The notes: generated by a model not told the origin, from the letters alone. DNA of 64,000 nucleotides from Dehalococcoidia bacterium (GCA_965249605.1 OZ252245.1:1294967-1358966); one strand, 5' to 3'; shown: positions 30,601 to 40,000, counted from the stretch's first letter. Made by a program: numbers and translations.

Positions 30601-33600
30601 ATGGACATTGGCCTCAGCGATCATCAGACCACAAATCACACAGTGACCAGCCTGACCAACGGAACAGAGTACGCGTACCAAATCCGGGCGCTGAACCGAA
30701 GTGGCGCAGGCCCCGCCTCGGACGGAGCCAGCGCCACTCCGTTGGGGAAGCCGGTCGCGCCGACCGGGCTGAACGCGGATGCGGGCGACGGCCAGGTGAC
30801 GTTGAGCTGGACTACGGTCACCGCCGACGCCACAAGAGCTCCCGTCACGAGGTACGAGTACAACACCGACGGCGGTACGACCTTCACGAGTATTCCCGAC
30901 AGCGGGCCGAGCACCGACAATTACACGGTGCTCGGCCTGACCAACCTCACCACGTACACGTTTGCGGTGCGGGCGGTGAACGTGATCGGAGAGGGTCCTT
31001 CGGCCACAAAAGATGCCAAGCCCGCAAGTGCGACACCGGGCGCGCCGGACCTCTCCGCAACCGCGGGCGACACCCAGGTGAAGCTGGAGTGGGCCGACCC
31101 CAACGACTCTTCGATCGATAAATACCAGTACAGCACCGACGGCGGCACTGGCTTCATCGACATCGACTACAGCGTCGCGAACACTATCGGTTACACCGTT
31201 ACCAGTCTGATCGACGGCACCCGCCTGACCAACGGCACCGAGTACACGTTCCATATCCGCGCGGTGGACAACCAGGCTCTTCAACCATACGGCGATGCCT
31301 CGGACGTCACTGCCACACCGGCGGGTACGCTACCAGACTCGCCGTTGAATCTCGCGGCGGAGCCGGGCCACGAAGAGGTGCGTCTGAGTTGGGACGACCC
31401 CGACGACGCTTCGATCGATAAATACCATTACAGCATCGACGGAGTCCCGAACTCAACCAACATCAGTGCCGACGCCACCACATACACCATTACCGGCCTC
31501 ACCAACGGCACCACGTACACGTTCCAAATCTGGGCGGAGACCGCAACCGGCGTTGGCCCTGCCTCGGCGATCGACGCCAGGCCTCTGCCGCCTCAACTAG
31601 TTAGCCCGGCCTTGGAGCCCCCGGAGGAGGGCAATGGTGAGGTGAAGCTGAAATGGGCTTACACCCACGTTGAGACAAAAGCGACCATACTCAGATACGA
31701 GGTATTGCACTTGCTCCAGACCAGCACGTTGACCGGCGTGGGGGGCGACAAGTTCGGGTATGCGGTGGCGGTTGACGGTGACATCGCGGTTATCGGGGCG
31801 TACCAGGATGACGACAATGGCGCTGATTCCGGCGCGGTATACGTCTTCAGCAGAGTTGAGGGTGTGTGGACCCAGGCGGCCAAGCTGACCGCCTTCGATG
31901 GCGAGGCTTACGACAACTTCGGGATTTCCGTGGCGGTGGACGGTGATACTGTCGTGGTTGGGGCGCCTGGGAACGACGGCGCCGGCGCTGATTCCGGCTC
32001 GGTCTACGTATTTGTGAAGCCCACAGGGGGCTGGGTCACCAGTACTGAGACCGCCAAGCTGACCGCCTACGACGGCGCGGCCCTCGACTACTTCGGGTAT
32101 TCCGTGGCGGTGGACGGTGACACCGTCCTAGTAGGAGCGTACCTGGACGACGACGAGGAAAACGACTCAGAAGATTCCGGTTCGGCCTACGTATTCACCA
32201 AACCCAACAGCAGTGGCGGCTGGGCCGACTGGGACCCCATGGAAGACACTGAGACGGCCAAGTTGACCGCCTCAGACGGTGCCGATGACGACTGGTTCGG
32301 GGTGTCCGTAGCATTGGACGGCAACACCGCTGTGATCGGGGCGTCCGGGGACGATGACAAAGGCATTGACTCAGGCTCGGTCTACGTGTTCGTGAAGCCC
32401 TCCGGTGCCTGGGCCGGCGGGAATGAGACCGACAAGCTGACCGCCGACGACGGCGAGGCGCAGGATAACTTCGGGTATTCCGTAGCGGTGGACGTTGATA
32501 CCGTGGAGGTTAGTGGTGCAGAGGTGGAGGTTGCCACCGTCGTGGTGGGAGCGTATCAGCACGACCCCATTGACCCCCTTTCAGACCCCGATTCACCCTT
32601 GTACCTTCTGGATGCCGGTGCGGCCTATGTCTTCACCAGAGATTCGGGAGGCGTGTGGGACGGTGGGGAAAAGCTGACTGCAGACGATGGCGATGCTCTC
32701 GACTACTTCGGGTATTCGGTGGCGGTGGCCGTTGATACCGTGGTGGTTGGTGCCTACGGGGACGACGACAACGGCTCTGCTTCAGGTTCGGCTTACGTCT
32801 TCACCAGGGATACCAAGGGTACAGTGGATACCTCTGATGATACGTGGATCCAAACGAAACGACTGACCCCCGAAGAACCCGAAGCGGGCGACCGGTTCGG
32901 TTATGCTGTCGCGGTGGACACGGCCGCTCACACCGCCTTGGTAGGGGCCGGTTCGGCCCATGTGTTGGACATCCATGACTGGGAGGACGTCCCCGGCGGG
33001 CCGGCGGCCAGTGCACACGTGGTGGATGGCCTGTTCAATAACCTGGCGTACGAATTCAAGGTCCGCGCAGTGAACCTCCGCGGCGCCGGTGACGAGGGAG
33101 AGACGGATGCCACGCCTCGGGCGAATGTGTACGAACCGTCACCCAACTCCGCGCCCACCTTTGACGAGGGCGCCAGCACCACCCGTACTGTTCCGGAGGA
33201 CGCGGCGGTAGGAACAACCGTAGGGGACCCGGTAAGCGCCACCGATGTGGACTTTGATGTTCTGGAATACTCTTTGTCGGAAACCGACCAGGTGTCCTTC
33301 GACATAGACCCACGCACGGGCCAGCTCACCACCGCCGCGCAGTTGGACTACGAAACTCAGAGCGAGTACACGCTGCGGCTGCAGGTCCGCGACGGCCAAG
33401 GTGGAGTCGATAGGATTACCGTGACCATCACCGTTGTGGACGTGGATGAGCCACCCTCTCGGCCAGGAGCTCCTGGAGTAAGCAGCACCGGCCAGACTAG
33501 CCTGGCGGTCACCTGGACGGCGCCCGACAACCAGGGGCCGGATATCACTGATTACAACGTCCAATACCGGCAAGCCGGGGGAGAGTTCCAGGACGCTGGG

Positions 33601-34134
33601 TTCGTTGGCGTTGGGACCTCTCTATCCTTGACGGGCCTGCGGCCCGGAACCGGTTACGAGGTACAGGTTCGTGCTGCAAACGCTGAGGGGATCAGCCCCT
33701 GGTCGGACTCGGGACTAGGTGAGACGGAAGACGTGCCGCCCACACCCGTCCCTACACCAACGTCGAGACCAGAGCCGATGGCTACGCCAGTGCCATCTCC
33801 TACACCAACCCCGGCGCAAATGCCAACTCCAACGCCAAGCCCGGCGCCGGTGCCTACTCCTACACCAACCCCAGCGCGAATTCCATCTCCCACGCCGAGC
33901 CCGGCGCCGATCGCAATTGCGACTCCAGCGCCGACCGTTACCTCAACGGCGGTCCCCACCGCTATTTCGGAGCTAACGGCCACACCTGCTCCCACCCCGA
34001 CGGCTGCTCCAGCCGTCGCGCTCCCAGAGTCTGAGGACGATGAAAGCCTACCGTTATGGATCGCTCTTCTGGTCCTCGCTATAATTGTGGGAATAGTCAT
34101 CGCAATATTCGCCTATAGCAGTCGTGGCCCGTAG
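24682..34134 (+). CDS. giant cell-surface protein (3150 aa): FG-GAP beta-propeller blocks alternating with Fn3 domains, one cadherin domain, PT linker, C-terminal TM anchor
   Basis: Start set at MRTIHIGTFPRLTIIGVLLAVGVLLLLIMAPANA (signal/anchor). It has dozens of repeats of the form D.FG.SVA.DGDT.VVGA...D..G..SG..YVF and many Fn3 units (..L.A..GD.QV.L.W..P....I..Y.Y....G.....T.YTVTGLTNGT.Y.F.VRAVN). The cadherin segment spans about 33140-33456. The PT-rich linker starts at about 33721 and the tail is LPLWIALLVLAIIVGIVIAIFAYSSRGP. Confidence 0.85.
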   Translation: MRTIHIGTFPRLTIIGVLLAVGVLLLLIMAPANAANAPSNFSATAGDTQVTLTWNDPNDTTITGYQVLQVAITKLTGGSSAAGDRFGDSVGVHNNRAVVGAPLQDTADGNNTLTDAGLVHFFNFNTSSTVWERETERAFIGVSGGDKTGSSVAVSGNTVVYGVPEYDNEISNSVTYSDAGRMIVYVKTQGLGWGYPWDPKGEAANDRFGYSVAVDGGTAIVGAPRVEVSNLALAGKAYVDTKNNDNSWSRKATLDAGLNAGAGSSFGTSVAVDGSTAVVGAFGDDAGKGAVYVFTQSGNAWTRAARLTASDGANNDSFGRSVAIDGDTIVAGAWRDGDGGTDSGSVYVFTKPQAGWSNMTQTAKLTASDAAQNDFFGWSVAIDGDNVVVGAYGNDDDGSNSGSVYLFTKRSGVWVTTTEIVKLTAPDAAAGDQFGYSVAAGGGSRAIVGAPGDDRDSDSDIGAAYVFSIPAWTGISGSGAGTTSHTVTGLTNDVEYTFWVRPVVGNALGPASGSKHATPQQSPAATPANLTAVAGVGEVTLSWDDPNDSTITGYKYRQKEGSGSFGSWTNIALTDIDSTSVPGKIRYTVTGLTNGQTYTFRIRAVDEDGDTGNSNDVTVTTILAAPTTLSATVGAGQIGLNWDNPNNTLITKYQYSTNGGTSFMDITGSNATTTAYTVTGLDNGTEYTLAVRAVNAAVNGEASTVTSTPLLPAPTNLVATPYSERVVLEWDTGGVGYEQYQITIETSGTGVVPTPYIVSASSEPKTSVEITPLTDNTAYTFAVLSVYVPPGLSGTPKITGMAAVVTATPIPVPAAPVNLTAMPLDMQVQLTWDDPANTTITKYELLQLAEESGLIASDAAKNDRFGVSVAVDGNTAAVGAFQPDYVDSGTNVSRPGAAYVYTKDSNGAWSQQAKLTASDGADGDEFGISVAVDGDIVVVGARGNVSKTGAIYVFTKPSDGDWTSTITETKLTATGGSADDLFGASVALYSESTIVVGAPGDQITVGGVVVRSGSAYVFTKNSGVWSQAANLTATDAQTGDEIGNSVGVDDDTIAVGAYGKDGNSIADSGLVYVFVKPEVDGGWANASTETVQLRASDRAANDNFGRSVAVGSSTIVVGASGDQNTVGGAEVSTGSTYVFTEPNTGWANSGGTETAKLTASDGAHTDQFGRSVAVYGDTIVVGAHQNDDDGTDSGSIYVFIKPTNGWTDITGTVKLTASNGKAGDRFGIALALDGATALVAAPRNDANDDDADTGNDVLDAGSAYVIGTSEWAKIPDDDAGNRYHEVTGLTNDITYTFAVRAVNPSGDGPASTVTGVPMPVPAAPLNLSATPGDGQVELTWDDPEDDTITKYQYSTDYVINGGGMGNNGGASFTDIPDSDGSDGSTTEYTVTGLTNGTTHTLAVRAVNAYGNGMVATLDVVMVPAAPKLSAAPGDGQVVLSWDDPANPTIGKYQLSQSDPPEWSEITGSNATTTTHPVTGLTNYTGYSFQIRAVNETGAGPASNSASATPRLGKPAKPAGMSAQGGDAQVMLNWDDAMNSTIDKYQISEVIPEHFLTASGGAAGAHFGTSVAIDGDTAVVGADRANSRKGSAYIFTRDSNGNWIQQAKLDGENEGDQFGWSVAVDGDTVVVGAHAYDGEDASNTTLVNSGAAYVITKPDTDANVDGSIDWKDWNSLSDDGRAGLTDTLTLTTPEAYAFFGGSVALDDSTLVIGSRLTDVGGYLSAGAAYVFTKDSVTGVWSQAAKLTASDGSSLAYLGYSVAVDGGTVLAGAFGSYTAFGRTGNGSAYVFAKPASGWADGNETTKLTASDLQPSDYFGFSVALDGDTAVIGARQHNDPGTGAGSGAAYVFTRESGVWGEKAKLTASDAAAGDNFGVSVAVEDDTVVVGSWQNDDNGRNSGSAYVFTKPALGWAGTFETLKLTAPDGAANDRFGWSVAVDLDDQRGDLALVGVYSDDIATGMDAGSVHVLGIPDWMDIGLSDHQTTNHTVTSLTNGTEYAYQIRALNRSGAGPASDGASATPLGKPVAPTGLNADAGDGQVTLSWTTVTADATRAPVTRYEYNTDGGTTFTSIPDSGPSTDNYTVLGLTNLTTYTFAVRAVNVIGEGPSATKDAKPASATPGAPDLSATAGDTQVKLEWADPNDSSIDKYQYSTDGGTGFIDIDYSVANTIGYTVTSLIDGTRLTNGTEYTFHIRAVDNQALQPYGDASDVTATPAGTLPDSPLNLAAEPGHEEVRLSWDDPDDASIDKYHYSIDGVPNSTNISADATTYTITGLTNGTTYTFQIWAETATGVGPASAIDARPLPPQLVSPALEPPEEGNGEVKLKWAYTHVETKATILRYEVLHLLQTSTLTGVGGDKFGYAVAVDGDIAVIGAYQDDDNGADSGAVYVFSRVEGVWTQAAKLTAFDGEAYDNFGISVAVDGDTVVVGAPGNDGAGADSGSVYVFVKPTGGWVTSTETAKLTAYDGAALDYFGYSVAVDGDTVLVGAYLDDDEENDSEDSGSAYVFTKPNSSGGWADWDPMEDTETAKLTASDGADDDWFGVSVALDGNTAVIGASGDDDKGIDSGSVYVFVKPSGAWAGGNETDKLTADDGEAQDNFGYSVAVDVDTVEVSGAEVEVATVVVGAYQHDPIDPLSDPDSPLYLLDAGAAYVFTRDSGGVWDGGEKLTADDGDALDYFGYSVAVAVDTVVVGAYGDDDNGSASGSAYVFTRDTKGTVDTSDDTWIQTKRLTPEEPEAGDRFGYAVAVDTAAHTALVGAGSAHVLDIHDWEDVPGGPAASAHVVDGLFNNLAYEFKVRAVNLRGAGDEGETDATPRANVYEPSPNSAPTFDEGASTTRTVPEDAAVGTTVGDPVSATDVDFDVLEYSLSETDQVSFDIDPRTGQLTTAAQLDYETQSEYTLRLQVRDGQGGVDRITVTITVVDVDEPPSRPGAPGVSSTGQTSLAVTWTAPDNQGPDITDYNVQYRQAGGEFQDAGFVGVGTSLSLTGLRPGTGYEVQVRAANAEGISPWSDSGLGETEDVPPTPVPTPTSRPEPMATPVPSPTPTPAQMPTPTPSPAPVPTPTPTPARIPSPTPSPAPIAIATPAPTVTSTAVPTAISELTATPAPTPTAAPAVALPESEDDESLPLWIALLVLAIIVGIVIAIFAYSSRGP

Positions 34135-34199
34135 GGGACCTGCATCGAGGCGAGTGCGCATACCTGGGCAACGCAATGACCAAACTTCCGCACTAAAAA

Positions 34200-34222
34200 G
34201 GGGCAGGCGTTTGGCCTGCCCC
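34200..34222. terminator. GC-rich hairpin, possibly a bidirectional terminator
   Basis: GGGGCAGGC-gtttg-GCCTGCCCC lies 66 nt after the giant-gene stop. On the minus strand it is followed by TTTTT and directly abuts the stop of the truncated integrase. Confidence 0.45.
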
Positions 34223-34849
34223 TTATGCTGTCGTCCTGACCTGCTTCCCGGTGATGCCGGCGTTTCGAAATGCGATGCGCACCGCTAGGCCTGCATAGTG
34301 AGCATTGGCCCACGGCCAGGGGAGTTCAGCGTTGACCATGCGGGCGACAGCGGGGTGTATGGGGAGTTCACGTTCCCCAGTTTTGCCATTCACGACAAAC
34401 CTTCCTCCGTGCCTGTCGATCTGGGTGACAGAAAACGCTTCGCCAAGGCGCACGCCAGTATCTGCTAGAAGCCACAGAAGAGCCCGCACTTGCGAAGTGT
34501 GATGCTGATAAGTGAGAAGCGCTGTGAGCTCTTCACGGGAAAGCGCCCGGGCGACCTTTCGGTAAACGTAAGGCGTGGCCACGCGAGGCATTGGGTTGCT
34601 CTTAAACAGGCCCCGCACCTTCAGCCACCGGTAGAACGCGGTCAGCAACCTATGGTAGGTTAGGCGTGTCTCATCGGAGGGACCTTGTTGCGAAAGGAAT
34701 AACTCCACTTGCTCCGGGCGCTTTGGCAGACGGGTGAACCACTCTGCATACCTCCGGAGCCGGTACCTGTAGCCGTCCAGGGCTCTCGGCGAGACGCCGA
34801 CTGCTGTTCGTGCTGCAACGAACCTGTCAATTGCTGTCTGTGTCTTCAT
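34223..34849 (-). pseudogene. tyrosine integrase paralogue 2, 3'-truncated (lacks the HxxR and Tyr catalytic region)
   Basis: About 96% identical to paralogue 3 over 205 aa. It diverges at 34243 and ends ..NAGITGKQVRTTA* instead of ..GKRASAHTLRHTF.... Confidence 0.8.
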
Positions 34850-35334
34850 CGCTCTATAACAACGAAGCTCAATCAAAGAATGTTCAATGCTAGATAGGGA
34901 CACCTAGCTCCTGCGCCACCCCGCCAACCTCAAAGACTTGCGGCGAAACGTCCTGCCGGCGAACAGGTCCAAGCACTACCAGCGTCGGCAAAAAGAAGGT
35001 AGGCCGGATGCCCATGTGGATGCCAAGACCGAGAAATGCACCGAGGAAGGGTGATGCCTGCAACTGCGTCCGCACCTCTTGGGGGAACGTCTGCGCCCAC
35101 CCTTGCCCCGTGTTAACCCACGTCCTGCAAACTCACAGATCTCCTGGGGATAATCAAGATATGGCGACGAAGTTCGCCCTGGAGCATGCGGAAGTGCTGA
35201 CGGAGGGGTGGGCCTCCTGGTGAGTAGCCGTGAGCGATTCATGAGAAGGGTAGCGGGGATGGGGCGGGGCCTTCGTAGGCACCGCAATGCAAGCTTGGCT
35301 GGCGGCATTGGCGCTGCAACAGTCGTAGTGCTTG
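34243..35334. repeat. 1092-bp direct repeat, copy A (integrase 5' part + leader + pentapeptide-gene 5' end)
   Basis: Collinear with 46611-47702 at a constant offset of 12368. It is near-identical over 34243 to about 35225 and more diverged thereafter. Confidence 0.85.
35259..35334 (+). pseudogene. 5' stub of a second 2TM-pentapeptide gene, cut by the IS insertion
   Basis: MGRGLRRHRNASLAGGIGAATVVVLV.. parallels MGRVLRRHRIASVAGGIGAATVVVIA.. of the 47627 gene. Homology stops exactly at the IS end (35335). Confidence 0.5.
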
Positions 35335-35366
35335 TGACCTGCCTCCTGAATTAGGTCCAAGGATTC

Positions 35367-36216
35367 TTAGAGCCCGACCGGCGTATTCCTAGTCACCTGT
35401 TGTGCGAACTCCTCGGGCGTCCGATTGCCCAGTGCGCTGTGGGGCCGGACGGCATTGTAGTCGTCCCGCCAGCGCTCGACGATGTTCCGGGCCGCAGGCA
35501 AGCTCATGAACCAGTGCTCGTTCAGGCACTTGTCCCGAAGTCTCCCGTTGAAGCTCTCGATATACGCGTTCTGCACGGGCTTGCCGGGCTCGATGAAGTG
35601 CAGCCGCACCCTATGGGTGTACGCCCAAGCATCCAGAATCCTCCCGGCGAATTCAGGGCCGTTATCTACGGTGATCAGCTCCGGCAGGCCACGGTCAACG
35701 GCCAGTCGGTCCAGGACCCGCGTCACGCGAAGGCCCGGCAACGACGTGTCCACCTCTGTGGCAAGGCTCTCTCGGGTGAAATCATCGATCACGGTTAGCA
35801 CCCGGATCCGCCGGCCATTGGCGAGGGCATCGGACACGAAGTCCATCGACCACCGCTGGTTTGGGCGCTCCGGCGCCGGCGTGAGGACTCGAGCGACGCC
35901 AGCCATCCGCTTACGCGGCCGTCGCTGGGCGGACAGCCCCTCTTCCCGATAGAGCCGGTAGACCCGTTTGGGGTTCACGCCGAACCCATCCCGGCGCAGC
36001 AACACCCACAACCACCGTTACCCGAAGCGCCGCCGCTCCGCGGCGAGCGTGCGCAGTCGCTTGCGGAGTTCGGGTGCGTCGCTGCCCACCCGCCTAGAGC
36101 GGGCCACCGACCGCTGGATGCCGATCAGCCCGCAGGCGCGACGCTCGCTGAAGCCCCACCGCTCCTGGACATGGTGCACGGCTTCGCGTCGGGCAACAGG
36201 CGTTCGGCATTTTTTC
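35367..36216 (-). pseudogene. IS3/IS407-type transposase OrfB (rve DDE), reached by -1 frameshift, carrying an in-frame TAA
   Basis: The -1 frame after AAAAAAT (36210-36216) reads [53 protein letters not shown].. The stop at 36018-36020 sits where Tyr is expected. The DDE core downstream is intact (..[34 protein letters not shown]). Confidence 0.7.
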
Positions 36217-36469
36217 GGAGCAGCTCCCGCAAGACGTGATTGTCGAGCGTCGCCTCCGCGAGCAGCTGCTTCAGCTTCCGGTTCTCCTCATCCAGATGGC
36301 GCAGCCGTCGTGCCTCGCTCACGCCCATCCCGCCGAACCGCGCCTTCCCGTTGTAGAAGGTCCCCGGCGAGCTACCATGTCGGCGGCATACCTCGGACGT
36401 CGGCACTCCCGCGTCCGCCTCCCTCAGGACCCCGATGATCTGCTCGTCCGTAAACCCGCTTCGACGCAT
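36125..36469 (-). CDS. IS3/IS407-type transposase OrfA
   Basis: MRRSGFTDEQIIGVLREADAGVPTSEVCRRHGSSPGTFYNGKARFGGMGVSEARRLRHLDEENRKLKQLLAEATLDN. Confidence 0.8.
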   Translation of the reverse strand: MRRSGFTDEQIIGVLREADAGVPTSEVCRRHGSSPGTFYNGKARFGGMGVSEARRLRHLDEENRKLKQLLAEATLDNHVLRELLRKNAERLLPDAKPCTMSRSGGASASVAPAG

Positions 36470-37068
36470 GCTGTCCTCCTCTGTTTGACCGGAGGACTCC
36501 AATTATCCGTGGACCGGTTTTCGGGGAGCAGGTCAATGTTTGTAGCATTGGTGTCGCAGACTTGCGTGTAGGAACGTTGTAGCGCGCTGGACGTTATCGA
36601 CATGTATCCTTCTAGGATTGCTTTGGAACCCCCTAAGGTAAGATCGCGGTACGAAATGGTGCCTTCTGTTAGACATCTGCATTCTCTATAGCACTAATAG
36701 CCTATTTCAAATCATGGCTAGTATTCTAGCGTCGAGTTGCGCTTGTGATAAAGGAAGTGCTGGTGGGCGCAAGCGTACTGTACTGCGAACTTTTGGCTGG
36801 GAGATCCTTATATGAGGAGCAGGTAGGGTGACCCCGGATTGGTCCACCACGAGCCTTCGGCCCGCAAGGGTTGGAGGCTTCTCCCTTTCCGTCAGGGCGG
36901 AGTGGCCGCGTCGCCAGAAGGTGTAAGCAGAGGCCGACGTTCATTGTCCCTGGTGCGCCTAGGTTAAGACAAGGCCCGGCAATCGATCCCGGAGCTGGCT
37001 GCGCTACCATTGATGAAGCACTGGTTCCCGTGTGTTTCTGTTAATAAAACGTCTGGCTGCCCATCGTT

Positions 37069-40000
37069 TTATATCTGACGGCGGCTCAGCGCAATCAGGT
37101 ACATAAAGGCAACGACTGCCACCGCCCAGACCGCTATAAGGATGATCCACCACAGATTAGATCCGCCATCGTCAACAGGCGCCTTGATGGATGCAGTCGG
37201 CGAAGGTTCTGGGGTCGGCGGAGGTTCTGGGGTCGGGCTGGGGACCGCCAACGGCGTAGATGTCGGACTGGGGGTTGCTGTAGGCGGCATGGCCGTAGGT
37301 ACAGCAGTAGGCGGGGGTGTAGGACTCGGCGTTTCGATGGATACAGGAAGCGCTTGGACTGTGCCGCCCAAAACGGCCTGTACCTTCTTGCCAACGCCCT
37401 CGCCGTCAGCATAAGACACGATGACCCGCAGGTATTTGTCCGCATCATCGTCAATCGGCGTGTATACGTCGGAGTTGGCCCCGGCGATATCGCTCCAATT
37501 GGAACCGTCTGAGGACCTCGCCCACTGCCAGGAGATGTTCGACAGCGTGCCGTCGAGATCGGTTAGGGATGCGGCAAGCGCGGTTCCGGCCTGCGGCTGT
37601 TCCGGGGGCACCGACACCGTCCCGGCCTCATCTACGTTATTGATATCGATGTTCACTTCAATGTGGTCGTCGACCCCGGCGTCGTCGTTGCCGTAGGCGT
37701 CTCTGCCGTCGTGGACGGTGACGACGACCGTGTACCTAGTAAGCCCGGATTCGTAGTCGAGCATGATCCCGGAGCCAACTGTGATCTGACCGGAGGAACC
37801 GTCTATGACAAAGGAAGATGCATCGGTCCCTGAAAGCGAGTAGGTCAGGATATCGTCGTCCGGATCTGTCGCGGCGAGGGCGTCCCCCACTAGGGAGCCC
37901 GGCGGCGTGTTCTCATCAACAGTGAATGTGACGTCTCCTTCGAAGGATGGATCTCGTTGCGTGGTCCGCTGTCTGGAGACCGCGTCTGCGGACTTGCTGG
38001 GGCCGTGCCCGTCTGTATAGGAGGCCGTTGCCCGGAGATAGCTGCCGGCGTCGTCTGCGACCGGAGAGTACGTGTCGGAGTTGGCCCCAGATATATCGCT
38101 CCAATTGGAACCGTCGGAGGACCTGGCCCACTGCCAGGAAGTGTTGGACAACGAGCCGTCAGGATCGGTCAGTGAGGCCTTCAGCGCGGTCCCAACCCTC
38201 GGTTGTTCCGGCAGCACAACCACCGTCCCGGCCTCATCTCTGTTGGTGACGGCGATGTTTACTTCAATGTGATCGTCGATGGAGGTGTTGGGGTTGTTGT
38301 AGGGACTCTTCCCGTCGTGGACGGAGACGATGACAGTGTATGTCATGGGGCCAGACTCATAGTCGATCTGGGTCTCAGAGCCGACGGAGATCTGTCCTGT
38401 GTAGATGTCAATGCTGAAGAATGAGGCGTGGGCGCCGGAGAGGGAGTATGTGAGGGCATCGCCGTCCTGATCCGTGGCGTTTACGGCGCTGCCCACAAGA
38501 GTGCCCGGCGGCGTTCCCTCATCTATTGATATAGAGAGGGTGACTTCACCGCCAATGAAGTAGGGAGAGCGGTTGGGCGCCTCTGGCGCCGGCATGGGCG
38601 TGGCCCGTCTGATGTCCGAAGGCAGGCCTTCTACTTCTTCTCCGCCTACTACTCTGTCGACGGCGCGGACCTGAAACATGTATTCCACGCCGTTGGTCAG
38701 GCCTCCCACGGTGGCGGACGTGGTCTCTCCTCCGCTGGCCAAAAAGCCCCACTGTGGGATGTCCGACACGTAGACCGAACCGAAGCTACCGTCGCCCTCG
38801 GGCGCACCGACCACGATGCTCTGGCCGTCCAGGGCGACGGAGTTTCCGAACTCGTCGGACTGCTCTACGGCCCCTTCTTCGATGGGTAAGGTGAGCCTGC
38901 CTGACTCCGTTCTGTGGTCTTTGTTCGGATCGTTGACCCAGTCAACGTTGGCTGGCTTCGTGAAGAGGTAAGCCGCACCTGAGCGATTGTTATCTTGGCA
39001 ATCTCCGTCTTCGTCCACTTCTTCGCATTCGTCGATGTTGGCGTAGTCCGCGCCGACCACGATGGTTCTATCCCTCACTGCAACGGAGGACCCGAATTCT
39101 TCGGACCCGTCGCTGTCAGAAGCCTCGAGCTTTGCCGCTTGGGACCACGCACCAGAGCCCGGAACGCATACGAATACGTAAGCTGCGTTATCGTTGCGGG
39201 CCCCGACCACGACAGTGTTACCGTCCACCGCTATGGAAGACCCGAATTGGTCGCCACCGTCGGCGTCGGCGGCGGTGAGTTTGGCCGTCTCTATTCTGTG
39301 GGTTCCTGGATCCGCTGGAGCGTTTCCCCACACTCCAGTACCCAAATTCCTGGTGAATACATAGGCCGCACCGGCATCGGCGATACTGGCGCCGTTGTCA
39401 TCGACGTCGTGCAGGTGCGCTCCAACCACGATGGTGTTGCTGTCCATCGCAACGGAGTGACCGAAATAATCGACGGCGCCGCCGCCGGATGCGGTGAGCT
39501 TCACCGTCTCTACCCTGTGGGTTTCTCCTGAGTCCGGAGTGTTGCCCCACACACCGCCGACCTTGGTGAATACATAGGCTGCACCCGTCTTGCCGTTGTG
39601 TCCCCGCGCCCCAATCACGACTGTATCCCCACCCACTGCTACGGAATACCCAAACCAGTCGTTCGCCGCGCCGTCGGCGGCGATCAGCTTGACCGGCTTG
39701 CTCCACTCACCGGTGGAGTCCCTGGTGAAGACGTAGGCCGCACCGGCATTGTCGTTGTCGTTGGTGTCGTGCTGGTACGCGCCGACCACGAGCGTGTCCC
39801 CATCCACTGCTACGGAGTACCCGAACCAGTCGTTCACCGCGCCGTCGGAGGCGATGAGCTTAAGCGGCCCGCTCCACTCACCGTCAACCTTGGTGAAGAC
39901 GTAGGCCGCACCGGCATTGGCGTTGCCGTTGATGTTGTGCTTGGGCGCACCCACCACGGCGGTGCCATCGTCCACTGCTACCGATTCCCCGAACTCTCCG

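Larger units (their letters stand above)
35335..36535 (-). mobile_element. IS3-family (IS407-group-like) insertion sequence, 1201 bp, transposase inactivated
   Basis: Imperfect terminal inverted repeats are TGACCTGCCTCCTGAATTAGGTCCAAGGAT / TGACCTGCTCCCCGAAAACCGGTCCACGGAT. It has orfA, an A-AAA-AAT slippery site and orfB. No matching target-site duplication is present (ttg vs atg). Confidence 0.8.

Noticed and set aside
37044-37070. AAAACG..CGTTTT hairpin overlapping the stop of giant gene 2 as a terminator
   Set aside because: It is only a 6-bp, AT-rich stem with a 13-nt loop, which is too weak to call.
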